NCBI GenBank assembly: GCA_038087875.1
Contig: CM075993.1
Span: 932,001 to 996,000, forward strand
Length of the DNA stretch: 64,000 bases
DNA from: Malacoraja senta
Taxonomy: Eukaryota
Direction: 5' to 3'
Positions within the stretch are counted from its first letter, which is position 1. Each line of letters begins with the position of its first letter. Positions 1-11,781 of the stretch are shown here, piece after piece. Position numbers and translations under genes: made by a program. Below the pieces are notes generated by a model. That model was not told the origin of the DNA and made no database searches. It saw only the letters and a program-made list of their open reading frames with translations.

Positions 1-227
1 TGAGGAGGAGAATGGGGAGGGGGAGAGGGGGTTGTTAGAGGTTACCTAAAATCCGGCCCAGATAGTGGGGGTCCTTGATGATCGATGCTGTCTTCTTGGG
101 GCAGCGCTTAATGGAGCTGCTTTCAATTCAGGAGAGGGCTGTGCCCATGGTGGACTGAGCTCAGCCCACCACTCGAATGGCTTTAGTTTAGTTTGTGCAT
201 CGAGGTACAGTGAAAAGCTTTTTTATA

Positions 228-505
228 GACAATAGACAATAAACAATAGACAATAGGAGCAGGTGTAGGCCATTCGGCCCTTCGAGCCAGCACCGCCATT
301 CGATGTGATCATGGCTGATCATCCCCAATCAGTACCCCGTTCCTGCCTTCTCCCCATATCCCCTGACTCCGCTATCTTTAAGAGCCCTATCTAGCTCTCT
401 CTTGAAAGTATCCAGCGAACCGGCCTCCACCGCCCTCTGAGGCAGAGAATTCCACAGACTCACCACTCTCTGTGAGAAAAAGTGTTTCCTCATCTCCGTT
501 CTAAA
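228..505 (-). mobile_element. CR1 LINE 3' end with (TATTGTC)n tail, inserted in a Rex1/Babar-like 3' UTR fragment
   Basis: Reverse strand encodes the QRVVSLWNSLPQRAVEA-type CR1 ORF2 C-terminus, then the CR1 3' UTR and GACAATA repeats at 228-255. The same sequence occurs at 63736-64000. Confidence 0.85.
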
Positions 506-1318
506 TGGCTTTTTGTTGCATGCTATCCCAGTCAGTGAAAAGACCGTACATGATTACAATCAAACTGTCCACGGTGTACAGATACAGGGTCAAGAGAATA
601 ACATTTAACACAATAAAGTACAGTCTGGTCCAATTAAAGATAGACCAAGAGTCTCCAATGATGGACTGCTCTCTGGTTAGTGACTGGGTGACAAGAGGCT
701 TGTTGTAGCCTCTTGTGTTCCCGTGTATTGGAATTGTTGCACCAGGCCACGATGCAGCCAGTTAGAATAGTTTCACCATGCATCTGTAAAAGTGGGAGCA
801 TTCAGAGAAATATCAAAACTCTTTAATCTTCCGAGAGAGTGGAGCCGTTGGGTAGGTAGATAAGGTGATTAAGAAGGCAAGCGAGATACTTGCCTTTATC
901 AACAGACATGAAATGCTGAAGTAGAACTGTTAAACTGGAACTGTATATTAACGAGGCCACAGCCACTGGGAGGATGTGTAAATACTGGAGAGGTTACACG
1001 ATAGATTTATGAGCCTGTGGCTTGGAGTAGAGAATTTTGATTATGAGAGGAGATTGGCTAAGCTTGGTCGTTTAAACAGGATCATGAAAGCAAGGGATAA
1101 TTTAGTTTTAAAATCATTGACTGAATCTTATTGCTGTGGCTAGCAGTTCCAGAGGGACCCATCCAGCCTTCAGATGTTCTCCAACAAGGAACTTGTGGGC
1201 TCACTGCAAGTCCAGGACATGCTGGGGACAGCCACCAACACTCTACATGGGAAGACCATCCCTCCAATCCCACACCATGGAGTCCCCATGCATTTGACTT
1301 GGGATTCCTAACCTGGAC

Positions 1319-1520
1319 TATAGACAATATGTGCAGGAGTAGGCCATTCGGCCCTTTGAGCCAGCACCGCCATTCAATGTGATCATGGCTGATCATCCCC
1401 AATCAGTACCCCGTTCCTGCCTTCTCCCCATATCCCCTGACTCCGCCATCTTTAACTCTATCTAACTCTCTCTTGAAAGCATCCAGAGAACTGGCCTCCA
1501 CAGAAAATCCCACAGAGACT
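1319..1520 (-). mobile_element. CR1 LINE 3' end fragment
   Basis: Nearly identical to the 3' UTR at 228-450. Confidence 0.8.
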
Positions 1521-1540
1521 AAACTAAGTTCTATTTAATA

Positions 1541-1800
1541 GTTTAGAGATACAGCATGGAAGCAGGTCCTTCGGCTTCCTGAATCTACGCTGACCATCGA
1601 TCACCCGTTCCCACGAGTTCTGTTACCCACTTGCACGACTTTGGGATGTGGGAGGAAACCGGAGCACCTGGAGGAAACCCACATGGTCCCAGGGAGAACG
1701 TGCAAACTCCACACATAGATGGTGCCCGAAGTGAGGAGTGAACCCGGGGTGTCGGGTGCTGTGAGGCAGTGCCCTCCCCCCCGCTGCACCACTGTGCTGC
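1541..1800 (-). mobile_element. HE1-like tRNA-derived V-SINE (diverged)
   Basis: Reverse complement of the V-domain (GTGGAGTTTGCACGTTCTCCC...CCGGTTTCCTCCCACATCCCAAAG) plus a CR1-like tail. Confidence 0.75.
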
Positions 1801-2489
1801 TGGTAGAAGAAATGTGGAAAATAAGTCATTTTTAAATTTATTTCTAAATATTTCAATTTTTTGACCTTTTAAATTAAAAAAAACACTATTCTCACCCTGC
1901 TGTCAATGCAAGCCAGCAGGACGAGGGCAGGTGGGGGCGTGTGATCTACTCACCATGAAACCTCATTATGTCTTTCACACCTGCCACTTGCCACAGGTAA
2001 CTTTTCTCAGTGCATGTATTAAAGTTTAATTGGAATACAGAATGTAATGCCTGTCAGTCTCTGCTGTGTTGCAGCCCCCCCACCACCATCCACAGAGGCA
2101 CCTCAACATCATCGCATTACTCTCAGTCCTCAATAACTAACCACGGATCCCATGGAACATGGAACAATACAGCAGGGCAGAAGACCCTTGTGCCAAACAT
2201 GATGGTGATGTCTTGGTGGCCATCGTCTTGGTGGGATGACAGTCATGCTGACTTCTTCTCCTTCCATGTCCATCTTCCATGTTTCAAATGTTGACATCGC
2301 TGTCATCGTCCGTCCCGAAAAGGACGCCAGCTTCCGGCGACAATCAGTGGGAGGCCGTCACTTGTTGCGACAGATGATGGTGGTAGCAGAATTAGCTCAG
2401 GATACTTCCAGTTTCCAGCCCCGCCACATGGACACTTCTGCTATGGGGCCGTAGGCTGACTGGTGTCATATAACTCCGAAAATCTGCAA

Positions 2490-2960
2490 TTCATCCATGC
2501 CGACCAAGATACCTCATTCCAGTCGCTGTTTTTCGCTGATCTAAACATTTCCTATTTGTGTACCAAGTCTATTAAATGCTGATAGATTATCTGTCTCAAC
2601 TAACTTCTCTGGCAGCTCATTCTATATACCCACCACACTCTGCGCGAGTCTATTCATCCTCCTATTAATCTTTTCCCTCTCATCTTAAATCTATGTCCTC
2701 TGATTCTTGATTGCCATAGACCCTGGGACTCTACTCCCCTCATGATTTTGTACAGCTCTTTAAGAACATTCCTCAGCCTTCTGCGCTCCAGGGAATAAAG
2801 ACCCAGCTTACCCAACCTTGCCCTGGAGCTCAGGCCTTGAGTTCTGGCAACATCCTTGTAAATCTTCCTTGCACCGTTTCCAGTTTGCAAACATCCTTCC
2901 TGTAGCAAACTGAAGACAATACTCTAAACGTCATCTCACCAGCATCTTGTACAACATTAC
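2490..2960 (-). mobile_element. Old CR1 LINE ORF2 3' fragment
   Basis: Minus-strand translation LGKLGLYSLERRRLR...LYKIMRG...SRIRGHRFK. Confidence 0.75.
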
Positions 2961-3524
2961 AACCCATTTTGTATTACAATTAAACTTTAATAAATGCGTT
3001 GAGATAAGATACCTGTCGCGATGAATATTTGTGGGGTTTCACTACTCACTAACAGTCTGACATGCAATATGTTACTTGTATGACTCAGATACTCAACAAT
3101 GCAAATACTGTACGTTTGGTGTTGGTTGCCTGGGTACAGATGATGTCTGCTGAGTTTGTGCTTTGATTTGAATGAGTAAGAGCAGCATTCAGCTTGGAGT
3201 GAACCCTGGAGATGGAGGGTTTAATCCCTCATCTGCACTGTTACCTAAGCAACAGAGATGAAATAATTGGCCTCTCCGCTCCACACATCCATGAACAGTG
3301 CAGTCCTGATCAATGTGTGTGGGAAAGAGGAAGCTTCGTGGTCAGATGTGGACTTGTCTGTCTCGTTCGTTAGTAATCACAGCCCATTGCCGGCTACACC
3401 AGGGAGGGGGTGGGCAGCCCCTCTTTGGTGAGGACATCTGCCAACACACTGCACTGCCACCTCTCAAACATTAAAATACAGCTTTCTACATTTTTAGAAT
3501 TGTTGTTGATATTATACGTTTTAA

Positions 3525-4040
3525 TTCCTGGGATTAGACTGATTCCTGGGACCAGACTGATTCCTGGGATGTCAGGACTTTCATATGAAGAAAGACTGGA
3601 TAGACTTGGCTTATACTCGCTAGAATTTAGGAGATTGAGAGGGGATCTTATAGAAACGTACAAAATTCTTATGGGGTTGGACAGGCTAGATGCAGGAAGA
3701 TTGTTCCCGATGTTGGGGAAGTCCAGGACAAGGTGTCACAGCTTAAGGATAAGGGGGAAATCCTTTAAGACCGAGATGAGGAAAAACTTTTTCACACAGA
3801 GAGTGGTGAATCTCTGGAACTCTCTGCCACAGAGGGTAGTTGAGGCCAGTTCATTGGCTATATTTAAGAGGGAGTTAGATGCGGCCCTTGTGGCTAAAGG
3901 GATCAGGGGGTATGGAGAGAAGGCAGGTACGGGATACTGAGTTGGATGATCAGCCATGATCATATTGAATGGCGGTGCAGGCTCGAAGGGCCGAATGGCC
4001 TACTCCTGCACCTATTTTCTATGTTTCTATGTTTCTATGT
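3525..4040 (+). mobile_element. Young CR1 LINE 3' end (ORF2 C-terminus, 3' UTR, (TTTCTATG)n tail)
   Basis: ORF 3410-3940 ends RLIPGMSGLSYEERLDRLGLYSLEFRRLRGDLIETYKI...FFTQRVVNLWNSLP. Tail repeats at about 4016-4040. Nearly identical to 31426-31998. Confidence 0.92.
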
Positions 4041-4334
4041 AATTCTTAGTTTACTAAATTATGTTAATTGGTCAGAAACGCGAAAGAAGAGGGTGGTATA
4101 TTGATGGGGGAAAAATCATCAATAAATGCATTCATTTTTAATTGATATGCATCCCAGCACCTTTTATGTCTACAAGAAAAATCCTTGGGATCATAGTTCT
4201 AGAAGTAGAATAAGGCCATTCGGCCCATCGAGTCTACTCAATATCCTCTTTTTTTGATACCCCTCTCATGAGAAAAAGACATGTGAACCTTCACCTTATC
4301 CACACACACCCCATAATTCGGGTTTGGAATGGGT

Positions 4335-4362
4335 GACGTTTCGGGTGGAGACCCTTCCTCAG
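4335..4362 (-). ncRNA. Minimal type I hammerhead ribozyme core in a Penelope-derived repeat
   Basis: Reverse complement CTGAGGA-A-GGGT-CTCC-ACCC-GAAA-CGTC matches CUGANGA / stem II / GAAA / NUH. Confidence 0.65.
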
Positions 4363-4504
4363 AATGGAAATGGGTGGGTGAAGGTCAGTGTGGACTAGGT
4401 GGGCCGAAGGGCCCGTTTCCCTGCAGGATTTCTCTATGACTTTGATTCAATTGTCTCGCAGCGACAAAGCAGAGATGTACTTGCATGCAGAGTTCAGCTG
4501 GTTC

Positions 4505-4655
4505 GACACAAAAAGCTGGAGTAACTCAGGGTCAAGACCCTTCTTCAGACGTCACCCATTCCTTCTCTTTAGAGATGCTGTCTGTCCCGCTGAGTTACTC
4601 CAGATTCTTGTGTCTATCTTGGGTTAAAACCAGCACCGGCAGTTCCTTCCTACAT
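4505..4655. mobile_element. Penelope-derived short element with inverted arms
   Basis: GACACAAAAAGCTGGAGTAACTCAG at 4505 is inverted relative to CTGAGTTACTCCAGATTCTTGTGTC near 4590. Imperfect flanking duplication GAGTT(CA/TG)GCTGGTT. Confidence 0.7.
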
Positions 4656-5237
4656 GAGTTTGGCTGGTTGTGAGTTTTGAGTCTGTGGAATTCTCTGCCT
4701 CATTGGGGATGATCAGCCATGAACACATTGAATGGCGGTGATGACTCAAAGGGCCGAATGGCCTACTCCTGCACCTATTGTCTACTGATGCTTCCTCAAA
4801 GCCCAGCTCTTGCTGATCATCACTCTATAGGCTCCTGGTTCTGTCCCACTGAATCATTATTAGTTCTTCCAGCTGAAGCATCTTCAGTGCGTTTGGGAGC
4901 TGCCTCCTTTCATTCTATAATTGATGCTGTTGCAGCCCATTACTGGAGCACTGTGAGGATTCGTGGCTCTAATTCAGCTCTGCCCAGCTGTAGCTATCTG
5001 CTTCAATTTAAGAGACTTTGGTCTATTGTAGAGTTTCTCCAAACTACTCAGCTGTCACTGCTGTTTCACCACCAGTAATTCAAACAACTCCAGTCACAGC
5101 AAGCACCAAGATGAAAGACCAAGCCACATCTCAGCTTCCCTTCACACCGGGCACAGGTTGGAAACTTTAGTAGGGTCCAGAGTCTCCGGAGACCCTGCTG
5201 AACACTAGCCCCAACACTGCCAGCCACAGCTACAGTC

Positions 5238-5670
5238 TAGTTTACAGTGAAAAGCTTTTGTTGCGTGCTAACTGGCCAGCAGAAAGACAATACATGATTA
5301 CAATCGAGCCATTTACAGTGTATAGATGCACAAGGGAATAACATTTAGTGCAAGGTAACTCCAGCAAAGTACGACCAAGGATAGTCGGAGAGTCACCAAT
5401 GAGGTAGATAGTAGTTCAGGACCGCTTTCTGGTTGTGGTAGGATGATTCAGTTGCCTGATAACAGCTGGGAAGAAACTGTTTCTGAATCTGGAGGTGTGT
5501 GTTTTCACACTTCTGTACCTCTTGCCCAACGGGAGAGGGGAGAAGAGGGAGTGACCAGGGTGCGACTGGTCCTTGATTATGCTGCCGGCCTTGCCGAGGC
5601 AGCGTGAGGTGTAGATGGAGTCAATGGAAGGGGGATTGGTTTGTGTGATGGTCTGGGCTGCGTCCACAGC
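5238..5670 (-). mobile_element. Rex1/Babar-like LINE 3' end
   Basis: Minus ORF SIYTSRCLGKAGSIIKDQSHPGHSLFSPLPLGKRYRSVKTHTSRFRNSFFPAVIRQLN is typical of the Rex1/Babar C-terminus. Same family as 11782-12305. Confidence 0.8.
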
Positions 5671-5949
5671 AGAAACTTTATGGACATCCCTGAAGGATAT
5701 CAACATGAAGCATGTGGACCACCAGGGCAGGAACGGGTGCAGTCTACATCAACCTTTGCTCAAGGCCTTCACCCACCGGGGAGTTTGAGGACCCGGAGGT
5801 GACATTTTACATAAAGGGAGACAGTTGAATGATGGGAACCAGGAAGTGACAAGCATGCACTCAGTGACTCCCTACACTCTGGAGCCCACATTGATCTCAT
5901 GGTAAGTCATGCGTTGCCATATTTTGAAATATACATAAAAATGAAGTGA

Positions 5950-6299
5950 GTAGTGGATTTCGCTTGGGCAGCTTACAGCCCAGTGGCATGAATATTGATT
6001 TATCTAACTTCAAATAACCCCGGCATTCCCTCTCTCTCCATCCCTCCCCCACCCAAGTCGCACCAGCGTCTCGTTCTCACCCAACAAACAGCTAACAATG
6101 GCCTGTTTCCTTTATCATCAGTAATGTTTTGCATATCGTTCATTCATTGTTCTTTATCTCTCTAAATCATCGTCTATATCTCTCGTTTCCCTTATCCCTT
6201 AATAGTCTGAAGAAGGGTCTCGACCCGAAATGTCACCCATTTCTTCTCTCCAGAGATGCTGCCCGACCCGCTGAGTTACTCCAGCATTTTGTGTCTCTC
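5950..6299 (+). mobile_element. Penelope-like element 3' fragment (GIY-YIG C-terminus, terminal repeat, hammerhead core)
   Basis: Starts with FRLGSLQPSGMNIDLSNFK*, resembling the end of a PLE endonuclease. Hammerhead core at 6207-6234. Flanked by TAAA(A/C)ATGAAGTGA at 5936-5949 and 6300-6313. Confidence 0.8.
6207..6234 (+). ncRNA. Minimal type I hammerhead ribozyme core (C>T change in stem III)
   Basis: CTGAAGA-A-GGGT-CTCG-ACCC-GAAA-TGTC. Confidence 0.6.
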
Positions 6300-8257
6300 T
6301 AAACATGAAGTGACGTCAAAGCAGAATCTTTGCGTGGATTCACACTGTCTACCTCCATAAACCTCTATATCTCAGGCCTTCCTCTCATTCCAGAATTAGA
6401 CAAGTGATATATCTGCTCAGTCAAAAGCCCAATGAGACATGTAGACTGGAATTTAAAAAACTGTAGTAATGAAATTTCGTTCAAGCCTTGGTTTGAATGA
6501 CAATAAATAGCATTCAATTCAATTCAATTCAATAAAACTGGGATCAACATTGCTTGATGTTGCAACTATAGCATTCCCTCAACCTATTGAGCTTTCTCTA
6601 CTGTAGATTTTAAAGCCCATGTGATTTTGGCAATCCAAAAATCAATATTTAGAAAGCATCTCTAATGGGCTAAAATGTCCAATATCAGAGTGTTTACCAA
6701 AGAACTTGACACAAAGCCTCATGGAAGAACATTTGAACAGGTGACCATAAGCCTGATCAATGTTGTGTCTAAAAGTGTAAGTGCATCAATAATGAGTGTG
6801 CTGAGGCTCTGATGTGCTCTTGTACCAAACACTGCTCTTCAGTTAAGTGAACCAGCTGCAAGGAGGAACGTTCTATTGATAGTCGAGCTCTTATATTTCC
6901 CTTTGCAAGAGAGTCTTTAGACACAACAGTAAATGATGAGATGGGATGCAGCTGTCTGAGGAGGATCTGGAGAGCAGTTTAGTGCGGGCAAAATAAAGAG
7001 CAAGTTTCTTCAAGTGTTAGGCAATGGCTGAGACAGACGCACAGAGGTCCACTAACCAACGTCACATTCGACAATGTGATTAAGTCCTTAGTCGGACATT
7101 TCAATCTTGTGCCATTAGAGCTAAAAGCTTGAAAGATGCAGCCACGCACCAGGGGATTGGGTTGAGTTGAGTTGAGTTTGTTGTCACATGAGGTGCAGTG
7201 AAAAGCTCTTGTTGTGCATCTTTTGTTGATCTGATGGTAAGTGACGCATTGAAATATACATTAAACCTAAGTGACCTCAAAGCAGCAGCTTGGCATGCAC
7301 TCACATTGTCAACCTCCATAAACCTCTCTATCTCAAGCAATGCTCTTCATCCAGAATTAGACAAGTGATATATCTGCTCAGTCAAAAGCCCAATGAGACA
7401 TGTAGACGGGAATAAAACTGGCATCAACATTGCATTAATGGACAGACTATAGAGCAGAGCAAAATGGTGGGATCAGCAGATGTGATTTTCGGACAGTCAA
7501 GATACAGGTAAGTGCAGGTAATGGAAGCATGGTTCCTTGGAGGTGAGGTGTTGGCATGGTTAGACGATTCCCGCCCAGCAACAAGCAGAGGGTAGGTATG
7601 AATGGGCCAGGTATAATGAGTGGTGCACCAACCAGTGATCAGTGACACAATGATCAATAACTGGGAATGCGGAGCCAAGGTTGACCCTTGACCCTATTGA
7701 TTACAGAGCAAGCTGATGGACTGAGTGACCTGGTCTGGGGATTGTAGTAAAATCACAGCTCATCCCAGACCTTCACCAGCTCCACCCAATCCCCACGTCT
7801 TTCAATTCCCTTTGTGTTCAAAGTTCCATCAGTCTCAGCCTTGCATGTGACCAGTCGAGTCTCCACAGCTTTGTAGAAGGATGGAGAGATACTTCCCAAC
7901 AATTTACAACTTATATCATGCTTAAAGAAATGTATTCTCTCAGTTATGGATGGTCCCAATATTACAACTTCTCATCCGCCACTTCCCAGCCTCAGGAACC
8001 AATTCCATTCACATCTACACGGCACTTCACAAATAGCAGAAACATGGAACAGCAGATGCTGGTTTAAGAAAAAGACGGGCAAAGTGCTGGAGTAACTCTG
8101 TGGGTCAGGGAGAATATGGACAGGTGATGTTTTGGGTCGAGCCCCTTCTTCAGACTGATTGTAGGGTGGGGGGGGGAGGAAGGAAAGCTGGAAGAGAGGA
8201 GAGGCAGGACAAGTCGTGTCAGGTAATAGGTGGACACAGGAGAGGGGGTTACATTAA

Positions 8258-8533
8258 AGGGCCCATCCCACTGTACGAGAGTTCTCCCCTGATTCAAGCT
8301 CGCGGGTACCTAGGGGCTCGTACGAGTAATAGGTAACCATTTTTTTCATCACAAATATTTTTTTACTCGTGGACATTTTTCACGGTGGTGAAAAAACGTC
8401 ACGAGTTTACCGGATTTCCTGAGTACCTACCGTTACTCGTACGAGCCACGAGCTCCTACGTACCCGCTACGTACATTACACAAGCTCGAATCAGGGGAGA
8501 ACTTGGATTACCTCGTACAGTGGGACAGGCCCG
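8258..8533. mobile_element. Non-autonomous DNA transposon (MITE), AGGGCCTGTCCCAC terminal inverted repeat, PIF/Harbinger-like
   Basis: AGGGCCCATCCCACTGTACGAG ... CTCGTACAGTGGGACAGGCCCG with TAA/TTA flanks and a CpG-rich interior. Confidence 0.75.
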
Positions 8534-9663
8534 TTAGGCTTCACTGATAGTTTTCTGCGTCTACATTGCTTGGTCAGGAGCGTGTACAGGCAACATTCCT
8601 CTGCTACATCAGCTGCAAACAGTATTTCAGTCACCACTAAATATGGCTGTGGATATATAGCAGTCTGCCAGGAGCTTGCAATATTAACAGAGATGTCTCT
8701 TCCATTATGGATGACGCGGGCTCGATTTCTCCCCCAGACAGGATAAAATATGTAAATGACTCACATGTTTGAAAAGCCAATGTACATTGTGTGCAATGAG
8801 AATACTGAAGCGATCAGCAGGGGAGCATCCTGGTGCTGATTACGGCCAGAGATGTTTGCTTGGCTGTCCTGATATGCCCACTGATGCTCATCATCACCAG
8901 CAGATCCTTGGGTGTGAGGGGGACTTGCATCCATTCCAGGTACGATCCTGTTGTACCTGGTGTGTGGCACCTGCCGCAGGTAGCAGGTGGGCATGGGTGA
9001 GCAGGTAGCGCAGGAGGTGGGACACCTGCTGTCCAACTTGGACTTCTTTATGTTCCCAACAAATGACTTGTGTTCTCCGAGTTACATCCTTTTGAGCAGT
9101 CAGGCAACTGAGATCCCATATATCGGTGGGAAGGTCAAATATTAGTCAAGGTCATGGGCAGGCCCTTCGGCCTCCAGCATCTATGCTGTCCATCATGTCT
9201 ATGTGCTAATTACACTTGCCTGCATTAATTTCAGATCACTCTCTGCCTTGCTCAGCTATCCAGATGCCTCTTAAATGGGGCTACTGTTCCTGCCTCTACT
9301 ACCCCATCATATACCTACTACTCGGTGCAAAATCTACCCCTAAGATCCTCTTCAAACCCCCTTCCTTTGGTCAAGAAGGCTGAGAGCACATTGTCCTTCA
9401 TCGGTCAGGTTACTGAGTATAGAGGATGGAATGTGACGTTGCAGCTGACCAAGAGGTTGGTGAGGCAACATTTGAAGCATTGTTCAATGTCCTAACCCCA
9501 ACCCTAACCCTGTTAAAGGGAAGATGTTGTTAGGCTGGAAAGAGTGCAGAGTTACACGGATGTTGCCAGGACCAAGGCCTGAGCTCTAAGGAGAATTTAT
9601 AATGATCAACTTGAGCATCTTCTGGGATGTGGGAGGAAACAGGAGCTCGCAGAGGAGAGTTAT

Positions 9664-9911
9664 GGGGCCTGTCCCACTTTGACCACCTAATTCACGACCT
9701 CTGCCGAGTTTGCCCTTTACGCATACTCGCAGCATGGACGTCACGAGGTCGTAGGAGGTCGTAGGTAGGTCGTAGGTAGGTCGTAGCAGGCCGTGATGCT
9801 AGTTGTGGGAACTCGTGGCATCAAGTAGGTCGGGCCATTTTTCTAGCCCAATGAAAAATGTCCACGAGTTAAAAAAGTCGTGAATTAGGTCGTGAAAGTG
9901 GGACAGGCCCT
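9664..9911. mobile_element. MITE of the same TIR family, nested in an HE1-like SINE
   Basis: GGGGCCTGTCCCACTTT...CCTAATTCACGAC / GTCGTGAATTAGG...AAAGTGGGACAGGCCCT. SINE sequence resumes on both sides (about 9620-9660 and 9912-9990). Confidence 0.8.
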
Positions 9912-10013
9912 TTACACAGTCAGAAGAAGAACATGCAAACTCCACAAGGACAGCACTGATGCGGCAAGGCAGAGGCTGCACTAGCTGTGTGTAACACCAC
10001 AGTGCACCCCAGC

Positions 10014-10051
10014 TGTGTGTGTGTGTGTGTGTGTGCTGTATGTTGGATTGG

Positions 10052-10080
<29 letters not shown>
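10014..10080. repeat. (TG)n and (CA)n microsatellites facing each other
   Basis: About (TG)10 at 10014-10034 and (CA)14 at 10052-10080, separated by about 17 bp. Confidence 0.9.
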
Positions 10081-10083
<3 letters not shown>

Positions 10084-10104
10084 TCACCATAACACAGTCT
10101 GTAA

Positions 10105-10430
10105 AGACCTGGATAGAGTGGATGTGGAGAGGATGTTCCCACTAGTGGGAGAGTCTGGGACCAGAGGGCACAACCTTAGAATTTAGGAAGGAGATGAGGA
10201 GGAATTTCTTTAGTCGGAGGGTGGTGAATCTGTGGAATTCTTTGCCACAGAAGGCTGTAGAGGCCAAGTCAGTGAACATTTTTAAGGCAGAGATAGATAG
10301 ATTCTTGATTAGTACGGGTGTCAGGGGTTATGGGGAGAAGGAGGGAGAGATAGATCAGCCATGATTAATTGGCAGAGTAGACTTGATGGGCCGAACGCCC
10401 TAATTCTGCTCCTAACACTTATGAACATAT
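10105..10430 (+). mobile_element. CR1 LINE 3' end
   Basis: LDRVDVERMFPLVGESGTRGH...MRRNFFSRRVVNLWNSLPQKAVEA followed by a CR1 3' UTR. Confidence 0.8.
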
Positions 10431-11781
10431 AAACCAAGTGCCACTGCAGCCCTGCGTCTATGCAATGTTCTGACTGCCACACCTTGCCCTGACAAGTCTC
10501 ACTAATCCAAGCAGCTTCAACTGATACAAGCAAGAGCCAACAGTTAGCAAATGTCCAAATGTACATACCACTGAAATTTAACGTTAAAACCATGGAGCTG
10601 AGTGAGGAACAGTGTCAATGCCAGCCGAGTGTGTGGACATTGCAGCATCTCACGGAGTCATCTGGATATGGGTCTGCTACTGATCAGGCAAGCCAGCTAT
10701 GCTTCTTCTCTTCAGCGGCCACATGCATTCATCAAGAGAATAAACTGACCTCAAGCTTAATGTCTTGAATGACATTCTGAAGCAGATCCCAGAGCAGGCC
10801 GCCATGCATCCTCCCAGCTCCAACTCACATCATGCCACTGACTTCACATTCGAGCATTTGTAAAGCAGCATCACCAACAGTGTTTCTTGTGGCAGGGTTG
10901 TGAATTTCCTCTTTCCTGGGTTTTATTTCCTTGCAGAGTGATTGAAAAGGAAGGGAGGGAAGTGGCGAGGATGGGAAGAGGGAGGGGGGGGGGGGTGATG
11001 GGCGCGGGGAGGGGGACAAGCTGAGAGAATAATTGCACAGCTTTTAATTCTGCCCTGCTCAGCAATCTGGAGCTGCAGGGCTGTCTAGGGACAGAGAACA
11101 TCATCATGATTAAACGGTTCTCACTGCAGACTTGCACGTTTACTGAATCCCAAAATTCCACATTTCTCATTCATCCCGTTCCTGATGTTGCTGCAATAAA
11201 TCTCCAGGAATTGACAACATTTGCATCACAAACACCATTTTCTTTTTTTTTTACACACTGATCCATTAATATTAAATTATTTCAAGAGAGGATGTAGATT
11301 TGAATGATTAATAGCAGAATGCGCAACGCTTGCAACACCTTGGCCGCAGACATTGCCTGAGAATATTTCCCAAATCTAATGATGGAATTGCTGCTTTTCG
11401 AAAAGCCGGAAGTAAAAGTCCCCTGAATATATAGACGTCTAAATTATGTCAGAGATTGATCTGTAATCTGATATATTAATGTTCAACAGCACGCACTGCC
11501 TCATATTAACGATGAAATGATGGATCAAAGCTGGCAATGTTATTTTATGCCGTTCCATTAATTCATCTTAATTTTGAATTGATCTGCATAAAGCAACAGC
11601 AGACCAGTGATGGAATAGGCTTCAGCGAGAGAGATTGTTATTTTGCAGGTTTTACGTTGGGCCATCCATCAGCCTGACAAACAGCTATGTAAACCAGGTC
11701 ACTGGGCCACTCAAAATGGGGCAGGTATGGGTTGGGGAGCTGCCAGGGAGTCTTCATCCCATGGCTACGGAGAGCCAGGAT

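Noticed and set aside
8760..9060. GC-balanced segment with short ORFs on both strands
   Set aside because: No recognisable domain and no convincing splice sites.
9494..9512. CCTAACCCCAACCCTAACCC telomere-like motif
   Set aside because: Only two or three degenerate units inside an old CR1 fragment.
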